Below are positions 11,031 through 24,690 of a DNA stretch of 64,000 nt, one piece after another; position 1 is the first letter of the stretch; each line of letters opens with the position of its first letter. Position numbers and translations under genes: made by a program. Origin of the DNA: Blasia pusilla. Lineage: Eukaryota. The notes under the pieces are model-generated. The model was not told the DNA's origin. It ran no database searches and saw only the letters and a list, made by a program, of their open reading frames with translations. The stretch spans positions 682,001 to 746,000 of the forward strand of contig CM114271.1 in NCBI GenBank assembly GCA_050084515.1. The letters run 5' to 3'.

Positions 11031-14000
11031 TGTTGGATTCTCAACATCCACTTCTCTGAATACCATTAATCCGATCGGCCCCCTTCTATGAGGAGAAGCC
11101 TAGATTGATGGTTCCCACCTAAACGTCAAAGGAGTTATAATAATATGACGTAGGTGGTTTATGGAGTAGCGTTACTAGGATTATCTAACCCTATGTTGCA
11201 TCAAGATGCAGGGCACTCTAATGTAAAATGTTTCTATAAATCGAAACGAAGAAAAATAGGTAAAAAAACCCTAGTTTCCCATGTAGTGAAATAGTCACGA
11301 TTCGCATCGGTAGCATATTCTCCTATGTCCAGTTATCTCCATGTTCAGATTCCACCGAAGCTCTTATATGAGCGCACGGACGGACGAGGCCACTTTGTAT
11401 CTCCAAATTTTATAAAAGATTTCACTGATTTCGTCACTTTCTTTTTTCTCACATGGTATCAGAGTAGTAGGTTTTCCAGTATTTTGTATTTGGCGATCTA
11501 GTGTGTTTGCACAAAATCTTGAGAGATGGCTACTTCTTCGTCAGTTCGTGCTCGCCCTCCTCAGTTGGGTGAAAAGAAGTTAGATGGGTCTAACTATATA
11601 TTGTGGAAGTTCAAAATGAGAACTGTCCTCGAATCATTTGAGATCTGGGAGATGACCATAGGGGTTGATTCGAATCCACAAGCTACTTTGAATTCTGCAT
11701 GTTCATCTTCATCCCGTGATATCAATCACGTTATATTTCTAGCATGAAAACGCATAAACGTTGATGCTCTATATGCAATTGTCATGAATATAATTAAGTA
11801 TGTCATGACTCTCATTCAACATACGACCACTGTTGCTCGTGGAACATTCTAAAGAATCAGTGTGAAACGAGGAATGAGACTCAGATTCAGAATCTGGAGA
11901 ATCAATTTAAGTCCAAGAAATTTTCACAAGGAGAAAGCGCGGAGCAATTTTTGACAAGGATCAAGAATCTTCAAGATCATATGGCATTCGTAGGAAATTC
12001 AAAGTGTTCAAAGATTTGGCACGTCGATGCATAAGGGTTTCTCTGAGGTATGACAATTTGGTCACTACATTGAATACTCAAGTAAGACCCACGCCGCTTA
12101 CTTTTGAACAATTTAGTGCAATGTTGGTAGAAGAGGAAATGCGCTTCAAAGCAAGAGAGTGAAGTGATGCAACAATTACCAGCTAATATACAGAGAGGGA
12201 GAAATCAGGATTACAGTTCAAATGTCAAGAAGAAATTTCCAAGGAAAGCCTTCACATGATTTTATTGTGGTAAGCTAGGTCATCTTATCAAAGATTGTAG
12301 AAAGAGGAGTCAGGATGAGAAGAATGGTTGTTTAAGACCTAAGAAGGAGTCTGGAAATTCTTTAGAACTAGGAGAACATGAGGTAGATGCTTGGGTAGCA
12401 ATCAAAGAGTTTTGTACATAGGAAAAACATTCCACTAAGTCAAAAAGTGAAGATGCATGGGTGATCGATAGTGGAGCATCTAGACATATGACCAATCATA
12501 AGGATTAGTATAGCTCCTTACAACCTCTATAGAAGCCCGTTGTTGTTACTGTTGGGAATAATTCAAAGTGCCTTGTAGAAGGGAAAGACATAATTTCTTT
12601 AGTCTCACAAAAAGGAGATGAAAATAATTTAAATGATGTATTGTATGTACTAGAGTTGAAGCGCAATTTGATTTCAGTCGCAATACTATGTGATCGTGAC
12701 TTAGAACTTCGTTTCAAGAAAACTGGAGCAGTCATCGAGGATGCCAATGGAAAAGTAGTGGGTGAAGGTATACAATATGGAAATATCTACAAGTTGTATG
12801 CTTTCATGACGATTTTAGGTACAGATCTTAGTAGCAATAAGTTGTGGCATGAAAGATTTGGTCACCTAAGCTTTCCCTTACTAAGTCACATGCAAAAATC
12901 TGGCATGGTTTTTGATTTACCAACAATTTGTGGAGTGTCGAAAACATATGAAGCTTGTATGATGGGCAAGCAACACTGACAACCATTTCCACAAGAGTCC
13001 AACAATAGAGCAAAGGCTCCTCTAGAGCTAATACATGCCGACCTCTGTGGTAAAATGAGAACATTGGCATTAGATGGTTATTCCTACTTCTTTTTAGTTG
13101 TCGACGATTATAGTGGGAAGATGTGGGTGTATTTCCTTCGTGATAAGGCAAGTGCTTTTGGAAAATTTAAAGTATGGCACAAGTTGGTTGAGAATGAGAC
13201 AAAAAAGAAGGTAAAGAAGCTTCGCACTGATCGAGGAGAAGAATTCTTATCAACAGAATTCAACAAATATTTGGGGGAGCATGGAATCAAGCGACAATTA
13301 ACCACGACACATACACCACAACAAAATGGAGTTTTTGAGCGTCGAAACCATACAGTGGTGGAGATGGCAAGATGTATGATGAAAGCAAAAGGTTTGATAG
13401 AAAGATATTGGGCTGAAGTTGTTAATACTTCCGTTTACATTCTAAATAGAAGTGCTACCAACTCAATGCAATGCATGACTCCTCATCAATCATAATCAGG
13501 TAAGGTACCATCAGTCCAACATTTCAGGACTTTTGGTAGTGAGTGCTTTGTACATATTCCTAGAGCATCCAGAACCAAGCTGGAGTCCAAGAGCGGGAAG
13601 TGCATCTTTATGGGATATAGTGATGAGTCTAAAGCTTATCGCCTATGGTTTCTTGAGGCAAAGAAGATGCTTGTGAGTCATGATGTGGTGTTCTAGGCAC
13701 AGCCTCGTCAAGTGGCGGATATCAATGGTCCGTCCACATTATCATCAAACGAAGAGATAACCCCATCAGAGCACCCCATCAATGTTTATACCAGATCATC
13801 AAGAAGAAGAATTTGGTGATGATTACAAAAAGCAGTCTGCTCTTCCACTACGGTCGTCATACCCTAAGTGGATAAAGCAGCTTTTGGATGGTAAGGATAC
13901 ACTAGCAACAGATGAAGTTGTTACACATCCAAGGAGATCCAAGAGACTAGATGAGCAAACTAGAGCTTCCGCACATCTCGTCAACATAGCCTTGATGACA

Positions 14001-15972
14001 GAGGTCTTGAAGGTGGAAGAGCTATCATGCTTGGATGAGGCCCTTGCTAATCCTCAATGGAGAGAGGCCATGTAGATGGAGATGGACGCTATTCAAAGAA
14101 ATGAAACTTGGACTTTGGTTGAGAAGCCAAAGGACATGAAGATAATACGCACAAAGTGGGTGTACAAGACCAAGTACAAGTCGGATGGTACATTGGATAA
14201 AGTCAAAGCGAGGTTGGTTGCACGAGGATGTTCACAAATTGAAGGTTTTTATTATTATGAGACTTTTGCTCCTACCGCAAGGATGACAACCATTCGAATT
14301 GTTCTACCGGTGGCAAAAACAAGACATTGGCATGAATACCAATACGATGTGAAGTTTGCCATTCTGAACGGGAGTCTCAAGGAGGAGGTGTATGTATTTA
14401 AACCACCAGGTTTTGAGACACCCGGATCTGAAGAGAAAGTGTGTTTTCTTCATCGAGCATTGTATGGGTTGAAGCAAGCCCCAAGGATATGGTATCAACG
14501 AATAGATACATTCTTTCGAGAGAAGGGTCTCATCAAGAGTCCGTCTGAAGCATATTTGTATGTGTTTTGCGAAGATGGGTGTATATGTTGATAGTCTTGT
14601 ATGTGAGACCATAGTAAGAAAATAGAGGAAATTAAGGAAGTGTTGAAATCTGAGTTTGAAATGTGAGATTTAGGTCTTTTGCATTACTTTATAGGGCTCC
14701 AGATTTTGCAACGGTAAGATTCTTTTTTTCTCTCCCAGCAAAATTATGCTAGAGAAATTATGAAGGCATTCGGGATGACCAAGTGTAAGGCAATGGTCTC
14801 GCCAATGGAGATAGAGTTGAAATTCTCAATGGAGGATGTTTCACCATTGGTAGATGAAAAGTTGTACAGAAAGCTTGTGGGCAGTTTGATATTTTTGTGC
14901 AATACTAAACCAGACATTAGCTTCGTTGTGGGAATGTTGAGTAGCTTCTCAACTAAGCCTCGTGAGAGCCATTGGAAGGCGGGGATGCATGTGTTATAGT
15001 AGGTCAAAGGCACTATCGAGTACGACACCACCTATGGAGTAGGGACGAAAATGACAGCCTTTTGTGACTCGGATTGGGCAGAAGATTCACATTCTCAAAG
15101 ATCAGTTTTGGGTTATTGCTTCTTGGTACGATCAGGTGTGGTATCATGGATCAGCAAGAAGCAACCTATGGTGGCTCTTTCTTCTACCGAGGCAAAGTAG
15201 AAGGCGGCTTGTTATGCCTCTTGTGAAGCAATATGGTTGAGATGGATATTGGAGGACATAGGAGAAACACCAGAAAGTGCTACTGTAATGTGGTGTAACA
15301 ACCAGATTTGCATTGCCATAGCACATAATCATGTGTTTCATGCTCGTACAAAGCACATAGAGATCCAATATCATTTTGTTCGTGAGTTGATCGAGATAGA
15401 GGTTTTGAAGTTAATCTATTGTCCAACAGAGGATAACCGTGCAGACATCTTCACAAAAGCTTTGAGCGAAGATGAGCTTCATTGACTTCTGAAGGGTCTT
15501 GGCATCGGTCCAAGACAATAGTCCACGTGAGAGTGGATATTGAGGAGGGGTGTTGGATTCTTAACATCCACTTCTTTTAGTATCATTAATCCGATCGCCC
15601 CCCTTGTATGAGGAGAAGCCTAGATTGATGGATCCCACTTAGACATCGAAGGAGTCATAGTAATATGATGTAGGTGGTTTATGGAGTAGAGTTACTAGGA
15701 TTATCTCACCCTACATTGCATCAGGACACCTTGAAGATATGTCCAAAAAAAATCTATTAATAGAAATGAAGAAAAATAGGTAAAAAACCCTAGTTTTTCG
15801 AGTAGTGAATTAGTCGAGAGCCGCAACGGTAGCGTATTCTCGTATATTGAGTTATCTCCATGTTCATGTTCCATCGAAGCTCTTATGTGATCGCATGGAT
15901 GGACTAGGCAACTTTGTATCTCCAAGTTTTATAAAAGATTTCAGTAATTTCGTCACTTTCTGTTTTCTCACT
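11031..15972 (+). mobile_element. Full-length but inactivated Ty1/copia LTR retrotransposon
   Basis: LTRs 11031-11453 and 15551-15972 (TGTTGGATTC...TTCTCAC). PBS TGGTATCAGAG (tRNA-iMet) 11454-11464 and PPT GAGGAGGGG 15542-15550. Domains: gag KKLDGSNYILWKFKM, zinc knuckle xFYCGKLGHLIKDC, protease WVIDSGASRHM, integrase VDDYS/LRTDRG/QQNGVFER, RT KARLVARG/LYGLKQAPR, RNase H FCDSDWA/TKHIEIQYHFVRE. Many stops; TSD not recoverable. Confidence 0.95.
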
Positions 15973-17304
15973 GTTTCTTAACCATAGAATTAAAGCTGAT
16001 AATATCATGTATGGAATACCATAATATTCCAAACTTATTAGAATCCTATTGAGCATTATATAAAATACTTTACATATGGGTGTTATTCAATCCAAATGGC
16101 AAGAATTCCTACTTGTACGAATAATCTTTCCTAAACCAATCTAAAATATTATCTTCTTACTATCCTCCACTCTATGATAAGAAGGTTATGTCAACACTTA
16201 GATTTAATGTGCTAAAGACCTTTCTATGCCTAATTGCGTTAAAGATCTCCTCAAGAGTAGGCATAACATACCAATATGATCTCGTTTATCTCTTGATAGG
16301 ATGGTTATCTCCATACATTCGCATATTGGTCCCATTTCTATCCGTCTTTGTTAGAATGATTATGGTAGATGCATATTTCCAATGCAATAAATCCATTATT
16401 CTTACCTTCCATAAGTCTTGATTCATACTTTGAATTAAGGCTTCCTCTATGTTGGAAGATATGTAGGATCATCAAAATACCAACATATAGCGAACCATAT
16501 TTATCTCTCTCCTCTTGTTAACTCCATGCCTACCATATGCTCCCAAGACTCTATCATGAACTCACTTGAAGAAAAAGAAGGCATGGTTTATCATTACTAC
16601 TCAATAATCCTAGTCATAGACCTCTAGTCTAGAAACCCTAATTTGATCTCCAACATCATGATTCACATCGAACATCTTTGCACTCTTCACTCAAAGGACG
16701 TCTCAAAAAGATCATGGGCATTTATCTCTCCTTGTCTTTCCCCCAACTAATGCATCAAATAGCTTTGTAAATAATGTCGTATGATATGGACATGATGAAA
16801 TGGATGTCACTCAAATCCATCACTACTCAACCAATTATACCTTGATCATCCATGGAAAATACATCATGTTGATCCCAACTACTAAATTATTTTATCTAGT
16901 ATTAGCTTCAAACTACTCTTGCACACAAATCCAATTATAATGAATACATAATCCTCATATACATCCCAATCTACTCTCATCATTATCCTCTTCTTGCTCT
17001 AGATTAGGTTCAAAATATGTCTTCTTATTCCTGATGCTTTGAGTTATTTAGAATCTACTTACAATCTAAACCATTACATCATAATACGGGAGTTGAGAAT
17101 TTTTAGAAGGCAAAAGAATTCATGTAAATAGGGTTAAGATTTACAAATATACTTATCATTCAATGATGGTGCGCAAAGAAGCTGTAAAAAAGGATGTATC
17201 AAAATTCAAGGAAAGTTCCAAGATTCATTTCCTACTATTAGCATGCCAAAACTTGTGGTTTGTAGAAATAAGCACACAAAAAGAAAGTTCCTCCAAAAAT
17301 AGAA

Positions 17305-17602
17305 TGTCGTGTACATATATATCGCTACATAACATATATTATTATCACAAAATACACACACAAACACACAAGATACCATACTAACTCATGGCATCTAAAC
17401 ATCGAGATGATCGAGTACCAAAATATCTCCAGTAAATCAAAATCCCTCCAATGTTTCTCACAATGTGCACACAACTACATCTCTCTCCCATATCAAACCT
17501 AACCCACTCTCATAAAAGAGGCTTGGATTACTCACAAGGCAAGGAAGATCATAATTCCGCCGCCTCATGCCAAGAGGTTCAATAAAGAGAGAATGAGCAT
17601 CA

Positions 17603-17665
<63 letters not shown>

Positions 17666-17979
17666 ATATCCCCCTTCCCTCTCCCAAACTTCCTCCAAAA
17701 TAGCCTATGCTCATAGGTCTCCTCCTTGGCTCTTGACTGATTGGAGCGGGATCAGGGGTCATTTCCATAAGTGGAAATTCAACTCTACTCATAATGGTAA
17801 CTTACTCGAAATAACAATTTTCTCTATATAGCTCCAAATGAGTCGAAACAAATGGGAAAATTGCTCTCTCAAGTTACCCGAGGCCTCAACAAATCAACCT
17901 TGACCTATTAAGGATATCCTCCAATATTCCCAAAGGTGCTCTACTATAAACTAATCAATCCATCATAACATACATGACA
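17305..17979 (-). mobile_element. LTR of the DNMT/PHD gypsy family (solo LTR, or 5' LTR of the decayed element), containing a (TC)n microsatellite at 17606-17662
   Basis: TGTCATGTA...TACACGACA on minus strand. Collinear with LTR 55737-56532 (e.g. gaacctcttggcatgaggcggcgga). Flanks agaa/acaa. Confidence 0.8.
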
Positions 17980-20900
17980 ACAATCACCTCATCCTTGGAT
18001 TAAGCATAGCCTAAATACGTCCTTTGCCCCTTCACATAAAATGACAATCTTGGGTTCAAAACTACATTACCCATATGATCATTTTGATGAAAGTATTTAT
18101 CCACCTAACCCAACCCATATGAGTACTTTATGTGATTATAAGCACTAGCATAATATTACTAAGAATAAGATACATGGAAATTATTATGTATCAATGACAT
18201 GCATGAGATAAATTTTATGTGCAAGAAGTCTTGGAAGTTAAATCTAGCAAACTCTTTGAAAAATTTCTTATATATGAAAATGATCACAATTAAATACAAT
18301 AGACGAGCCTCTCACCATTAACTCGAGAATAGCCATTGAACCACGAACTTCATCCAAATCATAAAGGAAGTTATACTAGAATTCAAGTCCTAATGTATAT
18401 CCATATCAAATACAATATGAGTACTTTTAGGAGTCAATCCAAGCATATCACATTTTCCATTTGCAGATTTTTCTTGCAAATCTCCTTAGAAGTGAGTATA
18501 ATTCCATCCAGGAAATTTGGTATGTCAACTTCTAAACTTCCTCCCAAAATATTCCTCCCCTATATCCCATTCCTCAATATTTATATTATTGCAATTCAAC
18601 TACAAGCACTTTCTATATACGCATAATAACAATACCCCACAATTTTTAATAGTCTATCTCCCCATGTATCCTTGGAGAAAACCAACTAAAATTAGGATAG
18701 AGATTTTCTCCACTAACTAACTAACCAACAACACAAATCTTGTGGCATATTATCATCTATATTATTATTTGCGGAGTGCTCCTGACATGACGACACCGGT
18801 TGAACACGACACGTGTCATCATAAACCCTACAGGTATTTCAAGAAGAGGGAATGTCTATGCATGGGTGCATATATAGGAGGGGGTGTATATGCATATGTT
18901 CGCGCATCGCACGGTCCGTCATGGGCATTAACTAGTAATGGATATCAACAAACCAAGGTCAAATGGATCATGTACAACCCTACCCAAGAAATGGTTTACT
19001 TCCAATTAAACAACCCTAAATATGGTCATATTCGTAATACTTATGGAAAACAAATGACATGGAAAATAATATTTTATGAATCTAATAACTAGGTTGGTGA
19101 CGAGAAAATATATATCTCACTTGAATGAAGAACGAATTTTGGAATAAGATCATTCATTATTAATAAAAACTTCTCAATTAGTATTTTCGGTGATATTAAG
19201 ACATTTTGAATGAAAAGAATTTTCATTTTTAACTTGAAATGCAAGATGTTGAAGTTCTTAATAATGAATCGTGGCTATTTTTAACTTCTAATTTAATATA
19301 ATATTTATGTCACCTTATCCGGTTGAATGCTCAACATAGACATTCAAAAAAATCCTCAAACAATATATGTTTCTTGAATTATTGACAATTAAATTTTCTT
19401 TTACCATTCCTTTCAAAGACCACTCATCTAAAGAACTAAGTATTGTGCCTCATCTTTAAATATATATTATTATTATTTCCCTTATTTCTAGACTTCTGCT
19501 TTTCCAAACATAATGTTTTGTAGTGTCCATTGGTTGAACCTCCTTCTTTGATTAAATTGACTTCTTCCCATTCTTCTTGAATAATTTGCAGTGCAACATG
19601 ATCAAAAATAAATAAGTCTAACATGCATACGCTTGTGGGGACGTGAGAAGAGAGTTATGATTGTGAATCAAAGGAGGACCTACCTCAATGGAATCATTAA
19701 GGTAGAACCAAGAGTAGTGACTCGGTTATGAATCAAGTCTCGTTGATAGAAGAAAAGGAGAAGAGATCCAAAGGAAGAGGGGTGGGATAAGTCTCCCTCC
19801 TTACACGATCATAATTTGGAAAAGGGATTTAACCATGTTTCATGAAGATTGGCCATATTGCACGTTAAGAGCTAGAATATTGTTCAAAATGTACCTTGAG
19901 GATAACTGCCCCACTTTGGATTAGATGAGGAGGAGAAGGAGATAGGTCAAGGCTCAAGGATATGGCTCCTTAGGGGGACATTATGCCCTTTGCATGACTC
20001 CGTACAATAACTTGAGACACGTGATTACTTCTTCGATTCCACCCCACGAGATGCACTAAGAATTTGGTCTCGTGACCTAATCAAAGTCTCACTACTTTGG
20101 GGTTGAGGTGTTGACATGGCTTTATTTGGAGCCAATTCCTGCCAAGAGCGGCTACTCTATGAGTCCATTACAATTTCTAATTTTCAAGTCCACTTTGTTT
20201 GAATTCATTGCGGCTCCATGCAACTTCACAAGTTAGCGTTGATTTGTGAATCTTGATACCCATTCTACGGTTCTACCAATGCGATTGCAGTGATTTGCAT
20301 TTTATTTGCAAACATAATTTTGATCCCATAAATAGAAACTTCAAGGACTCACGCCTAGCAACCATCAAGACTAGCATTATGTCTTGAGAGACTTGTAACT
20401 TGCGAGTGGTTTGCAAGTGTTAGAACTTGCAAGTAGTCATTTGTAAGTCCTAACACTAAATTCTTAGCCATTCATTCCCCTTTTAACTCTAAATTGCTCC
20501 ATTTTTTTGCTTTTCCTCCTCATTTTCTAAGACTCCTCTCCTCACTTTGTAACTTGTTTCTTTTTACAGTAGAACTAATTCTTGAGAGATTTTTTGTATG
20601 TTGAAGGACACATAGATGAGTGAAGTTCATTATGTAACTTTTTTCCCAAAAGTCTTTATTCCAAACTAGAAGAAATAAAGGAGAAGAAAAAAGGAAAAGC
20701 CATCCATGAGAAAAAAAAATAGATGGAGTCAAATCCTTACTTGAAATTATGTTTTATAGACCCAAAAATGAATCCAAACAAAGCAAAAAAGAAGCGGGAA
20801 ACAACTACATTACAACTACACAAAACAAATATTCTGCGAGACCTTTAAAATTCCAAAACCAATACTTTGCAAGTGCAAAAAACCAAATGTATATGGGCAT

Positions 20901-21424
20901 CAAAGTTATTTATAGAGAAAGAAAGTTTTACTATCTAAGATTTTATCAAGTGATTAAACTCTCAAAAATATGTTACACCAATAGAGAGAACCCTAGTAGA
21001 ATCTAAACCATGACATATGAGGATTGTTCAAATGTCATATTCAAATGGTTTACTAAATTAAAGCATTGCATTTTTAATGTGTTAGAGCATGCCCACGCCC
21101 ATGAGCTTTTGAGGTGCACTTGGGTCATAAGAAATGCTACTATTAACCACTAATGTTTACTATCTTAGTGTTATGCACAAGTAACAACTGATTGGTAAAA
21201 GTAACAATTATTATCCAAGTTATTTTTTGCAAGCTCGGAGGATATGTGTCACTCATTGCTAGTCCCAAAATGTGTTGAGGAACAAGAGATGCTTCTCTTT
21301 TAATAGTATATCTAGATTAGAGATTCAATTTCCATTATGTATATCTATATTATTTTTGGCGACCTTACATGTATAATAAGACAAAATAGTAGCATGAATC
21401 CAATTTGATACTATGATTCATACT

Positions 21425-21898
21425 TGTCGTGCAAATCCACACCGTCATATAACATACATAGTTGACATATCATACTCACCTACATACATAACATAGACGA
21501 GAGCATCCACAAACACAAGTGTACCACAACAGAAATCCGTGAAAGACCTACTGTCATAAAACACGTATAGAATCATATTCAATCTAGCCAAACCCACTCC
21601 ACGATGGGAGAATCCAGGTCGAAGCTTGCGAAAATCATCATAGCCAAGAGCTCTACTCACTACCAAGGCTAACTCCCAACGCAACAGGCTCAACTCAAAG
21701 AACTAACTATTCTTTGAGTGCACTCCACACTATATCCTCCAACCTAAGAGCGGGCCCTACTGGAAAAGTCACCCTCAACGGAGTAACCCCCAACCCTATG
21801 TATGAAACCGCATGTCTACCTAGACATTACGGCCCTACATAAGGTACGACCTCTACTAGCATTCTATACTCTATGACATAATCCGTATGGTCATGACA
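21425..21898 (-). mobile_element. Probable solo LTR (gypsy-type)
   Basis: TGTCGTG...CATGACA inverted termini; 4-bp flanks tact/cact; 3' end GCACGACA like the other LTRs in the window. Confidence 0.6.
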
Positions 21899-23207
21899 CA
21901 CTTGATATTTTGGGAAGGGAAAATGAATTTGAATGTAAGAGGGAAATGCTTTAATTAAGTAAGATTAACCAATGATTTAGTGGGTGTTATTTTGATGGAG
22001 AAGTGGAAGGGAAGGATTACATATTATTTAAACTTTCAGGGAGGGATGGAAATATTTAGGGAAGTAGGATACTATTTAAACTTCAATTGAGAAGTGGAGT
22101 TACTTAGGGCAATGGAGTATTATTAATTATCTAAGAAAGTGGAGGTTATATTTTAATTTTGAAATGAAAAAAATATTTCTAGATTGCTGAAACAAAATCA
22201 TTTTTTGTGCTCATACATATGCTTACTCGTCTACACTATGGACAAAGGATGTGTTCTTCATTTGTCAAAATCCCCCATGTTTGACAAACAGAGCAACAAG
22301 AAAAGATTCCCTTTTTTTTGTCTTTACGACTAGTTATTTAAGCAATATGATTATTATATGGAATCATTTCTCACCTAACATGAGTTTTTTTTATGTACAA
22401 AATTGGTTTAGAGCCAAAAGGGTGGCCTTGGTTCTTATTATGGCCTCTATTACTAGGAGATATTAATCACTTTTCTCTCTCCTCTCTCCTTATGCCATGT
22501 ATGCTTTTGGTGGCATATGTATGTTAAGTCGATTCGTAATGCAAATGCTACACAATTATGTAAGTTCTCAACCATAGATGTGAGTGGAGATGAGAGCCAT
22601 TTAAAAATGACGTCTCGATTTACTCCACAATGTGTTAATACTTGTCTACTTACCCTTTGTATTCTCCCTTGGTATTAAGATTTACTTCACTAGTAGTCAT
22701 TTTTTTCCATTTACTCTCCTATCCATTTCCTTATGCTTTCCATGCTAGTCTTTTTTTATACTCTCTCCACTCCGTATTAACTATTTTTCCTCTCACTCTC
22801 TTATCCTCTCAATACAATAAAATTTAATTGTTTTCTTTTATCTTCTTTCCAATTTCATACGTAATTTTATTTTCCTCCTCATCTATACCAAAAAAATTCC
22901 AAAACCAAGGTTAATCTTTTTTTAATTATGAATCAAGGGAAATCCCCTAATTTTTTAATTATGAATTCTCCATCCATGGCTTTCAACCCCCTTCTAATTA
23001 GATTGTCTCCGGAGCGTCTTATTTCATGGCATATTATTGGATCATATTTAAAAATCTCACATCATGAAAACACAAAACTGGAACTCCTACAACGAAAAGA
23101 AAGAAAATTTAAATGCATAATGTCTGAAAAAGTTAAATTATTAATTATAATTGTAAACACAAATAGAACGAACACTCTCCTTCCCGGGAAGGCGAACGGG
23201 AACGTCC

Positions 23208-23286
23208 TCGGACGGACGGACGGACGGACGGTAATATGCTACGTTGCCGTCCACAGGTGCTCGCCGTCCCTCACAGGGTTAGGGTT
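23208..23286 (+). promoter_or_regulatory. RPL36 proximal promoter: (GGAC)n repeat and telo-box-like AGGGTTAGGGTT
   Basis: cggacggacggacggacggacgg at 23208-23231 and agggttagggtt at 23275-23286, about 120-200 bp upstream of the ATG. Telo-boxes are established elements of plant ribosomal protein promoters. Confidence 0.55.
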
Positions 23287-23408
23287 CCGTCACCGGAGAA
23301 GAAGATTGTTGGGAAGAGTATAGAGCGGCGGAGGATGTATGAGACGTCTCTTTTGGAGGTTCGCAATTTGGTGCTGTGTTTCGTGGTTCGGAGCAGAGGA
23401 AGTGAGCG

Positions 23409-24690
23409 ATGGCGCCTTCAGTGGCAAGTAGCGGGATCGCAGTGGGATTGAACAAGGGGCACATCGTGACCAAGCGGGAGCTGGCGCCTCGCCCATCTGC
23501 CAACAAAGGGGTGAGTGCCTATGATGTCCTCGCCTTCCTGTTGGAATATGGTTGTGTGAGGGTCTTGTTTTGGGGAGAGATTGTGGTGCGTGTCCGCATT
23601 GGTGTCGGGGTTCCAAATTCGAGTTGGTGGTCTTGGTGGGGCTTTTCCCGTACTCAAAATTGGGATGTTATCCGCCACTCTTTTTGCTGTCTGCGATTGT
23701 GTCTTAGGTCGGAATTTTTTCCGTTTTGTGCACACGTTAAAGAAAACTTGCGGGGATCGGTGTGGGAGTCGTGGATGGGAGTAGTCTGCTCGTTCGTTTG
23801 TTCTTGCATTTGGAGCTTGTCCTGTTCTCTGAATTGAGATGTTTACCGTCTTTTTCCTGTCTTTGAAAGTTTTCGGGGCCGGCGTTGTGTCCATTCGGTT
23901 GTTCACAACCGACGTGCTTGTGGTGGAGTGTAATGCGCTTTCGCACCTGTTTTGGAGTTCGGAACATGGGTTTCTTGTTTGTTTGTGGTTTTAGATGTAG
24001 CCTAGCATGTCCACCTTCCCCTGTTTTCGAAATTGAGACGTGCACCTCCACTCCTCTGGCGTCTGTAAGGGTTTCTAAGGTCGGGATTGAGCTCGAAAAA
24101 CTTGGGTCTTTCCATGCTGCGGCCATTTGCTGGAGTCTTGAATGCTCAATGCTCCATGGGTGATCACTTGATCCCCATTATACTCTGTCGAGGTCAAGCG
24201 GAAGTGTATGAGCGAAATGGCCGCCTTAAAGAAATTGAACGATATATGTGAACTTACTGTCTCTGGGTATTGAACCTTCGCTTTGCGTTGCAGAAATTGG
24301 GCAAGAGAACTTCATTTGTGAGGAAGCTGATCCGCGAGGTTGTCGGCTTTGCCCCCTACGAGAAGAGAATTACCGAGTTGTTGAAGGTCGGTAAGGACAA
24401 GAGGGCCCTGAAGGTGGCCAAGAAGAAATTGGGCACCCACTTACGTGCCAAGAGGAAGAGAGAGGAGATGACGACCGTTCTCCGCAAACAAAGGTACTAT
24501 CTCTACCTTCCGACTTCTAATGCCGCAACAACAGGCGAATATCAAACATGTTAGGTGTCATTAAACCTAATCTTAGATAATGGTTTGAGCAGGGGTCTGA
24601 ATATTCTTGCTGTCGAATTTTGTCTCCAGTTTCTGACTTCTCTGAGTGATGTTCAGGGCTACCGGAGGTACTGAGAAGAAGAAGACTTAA
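23409..24690 (+). CDS. RPL36: 60S ribosomal protein L36 (eL36), 3 coding exons, 111 aa
   Basis: Exons 23409-23510, 24294-24493, 24657-24690 with GT-AG introns. Spliced protein [111 protein letters not shown]. Confidence 0.97.

Larger units (their letters stand above)
9760..17300 (-). mobile_element. Heavily decayed relative of the DNMT/PHD gypsy family (linker-RT-RNaseH), split by a copia insertion
   Basis: Minus-strand matches to the 50500-52800 pol: FMIESWEHMVGMELTRGER (vs VTMETWEPDMSPKLTRGER), YVMPTLEEIFNAIRHRKVFS, YEFFLIHRPNCLNEHTNGLSQNP..WHQESDKEIVP, DVHDDEEVVEY. RT reads through across the copia junctions 15973/11030. Confidence 0.7.

Noticed and set aside
19200-21240. Possible hAT-like relic (TAGTGTTA termini, TTGCAAG repeats)
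   Set aside because: No convincing transposase motifs, paired TIRs or 8-bp TSD found.
23418-24163. ORFs within RPL36 intron 1 (possible nested gene or snoRNA)
   Set aside because: Low-complexity intronic translations; no convincing C/D or H/ACA structure recognised.
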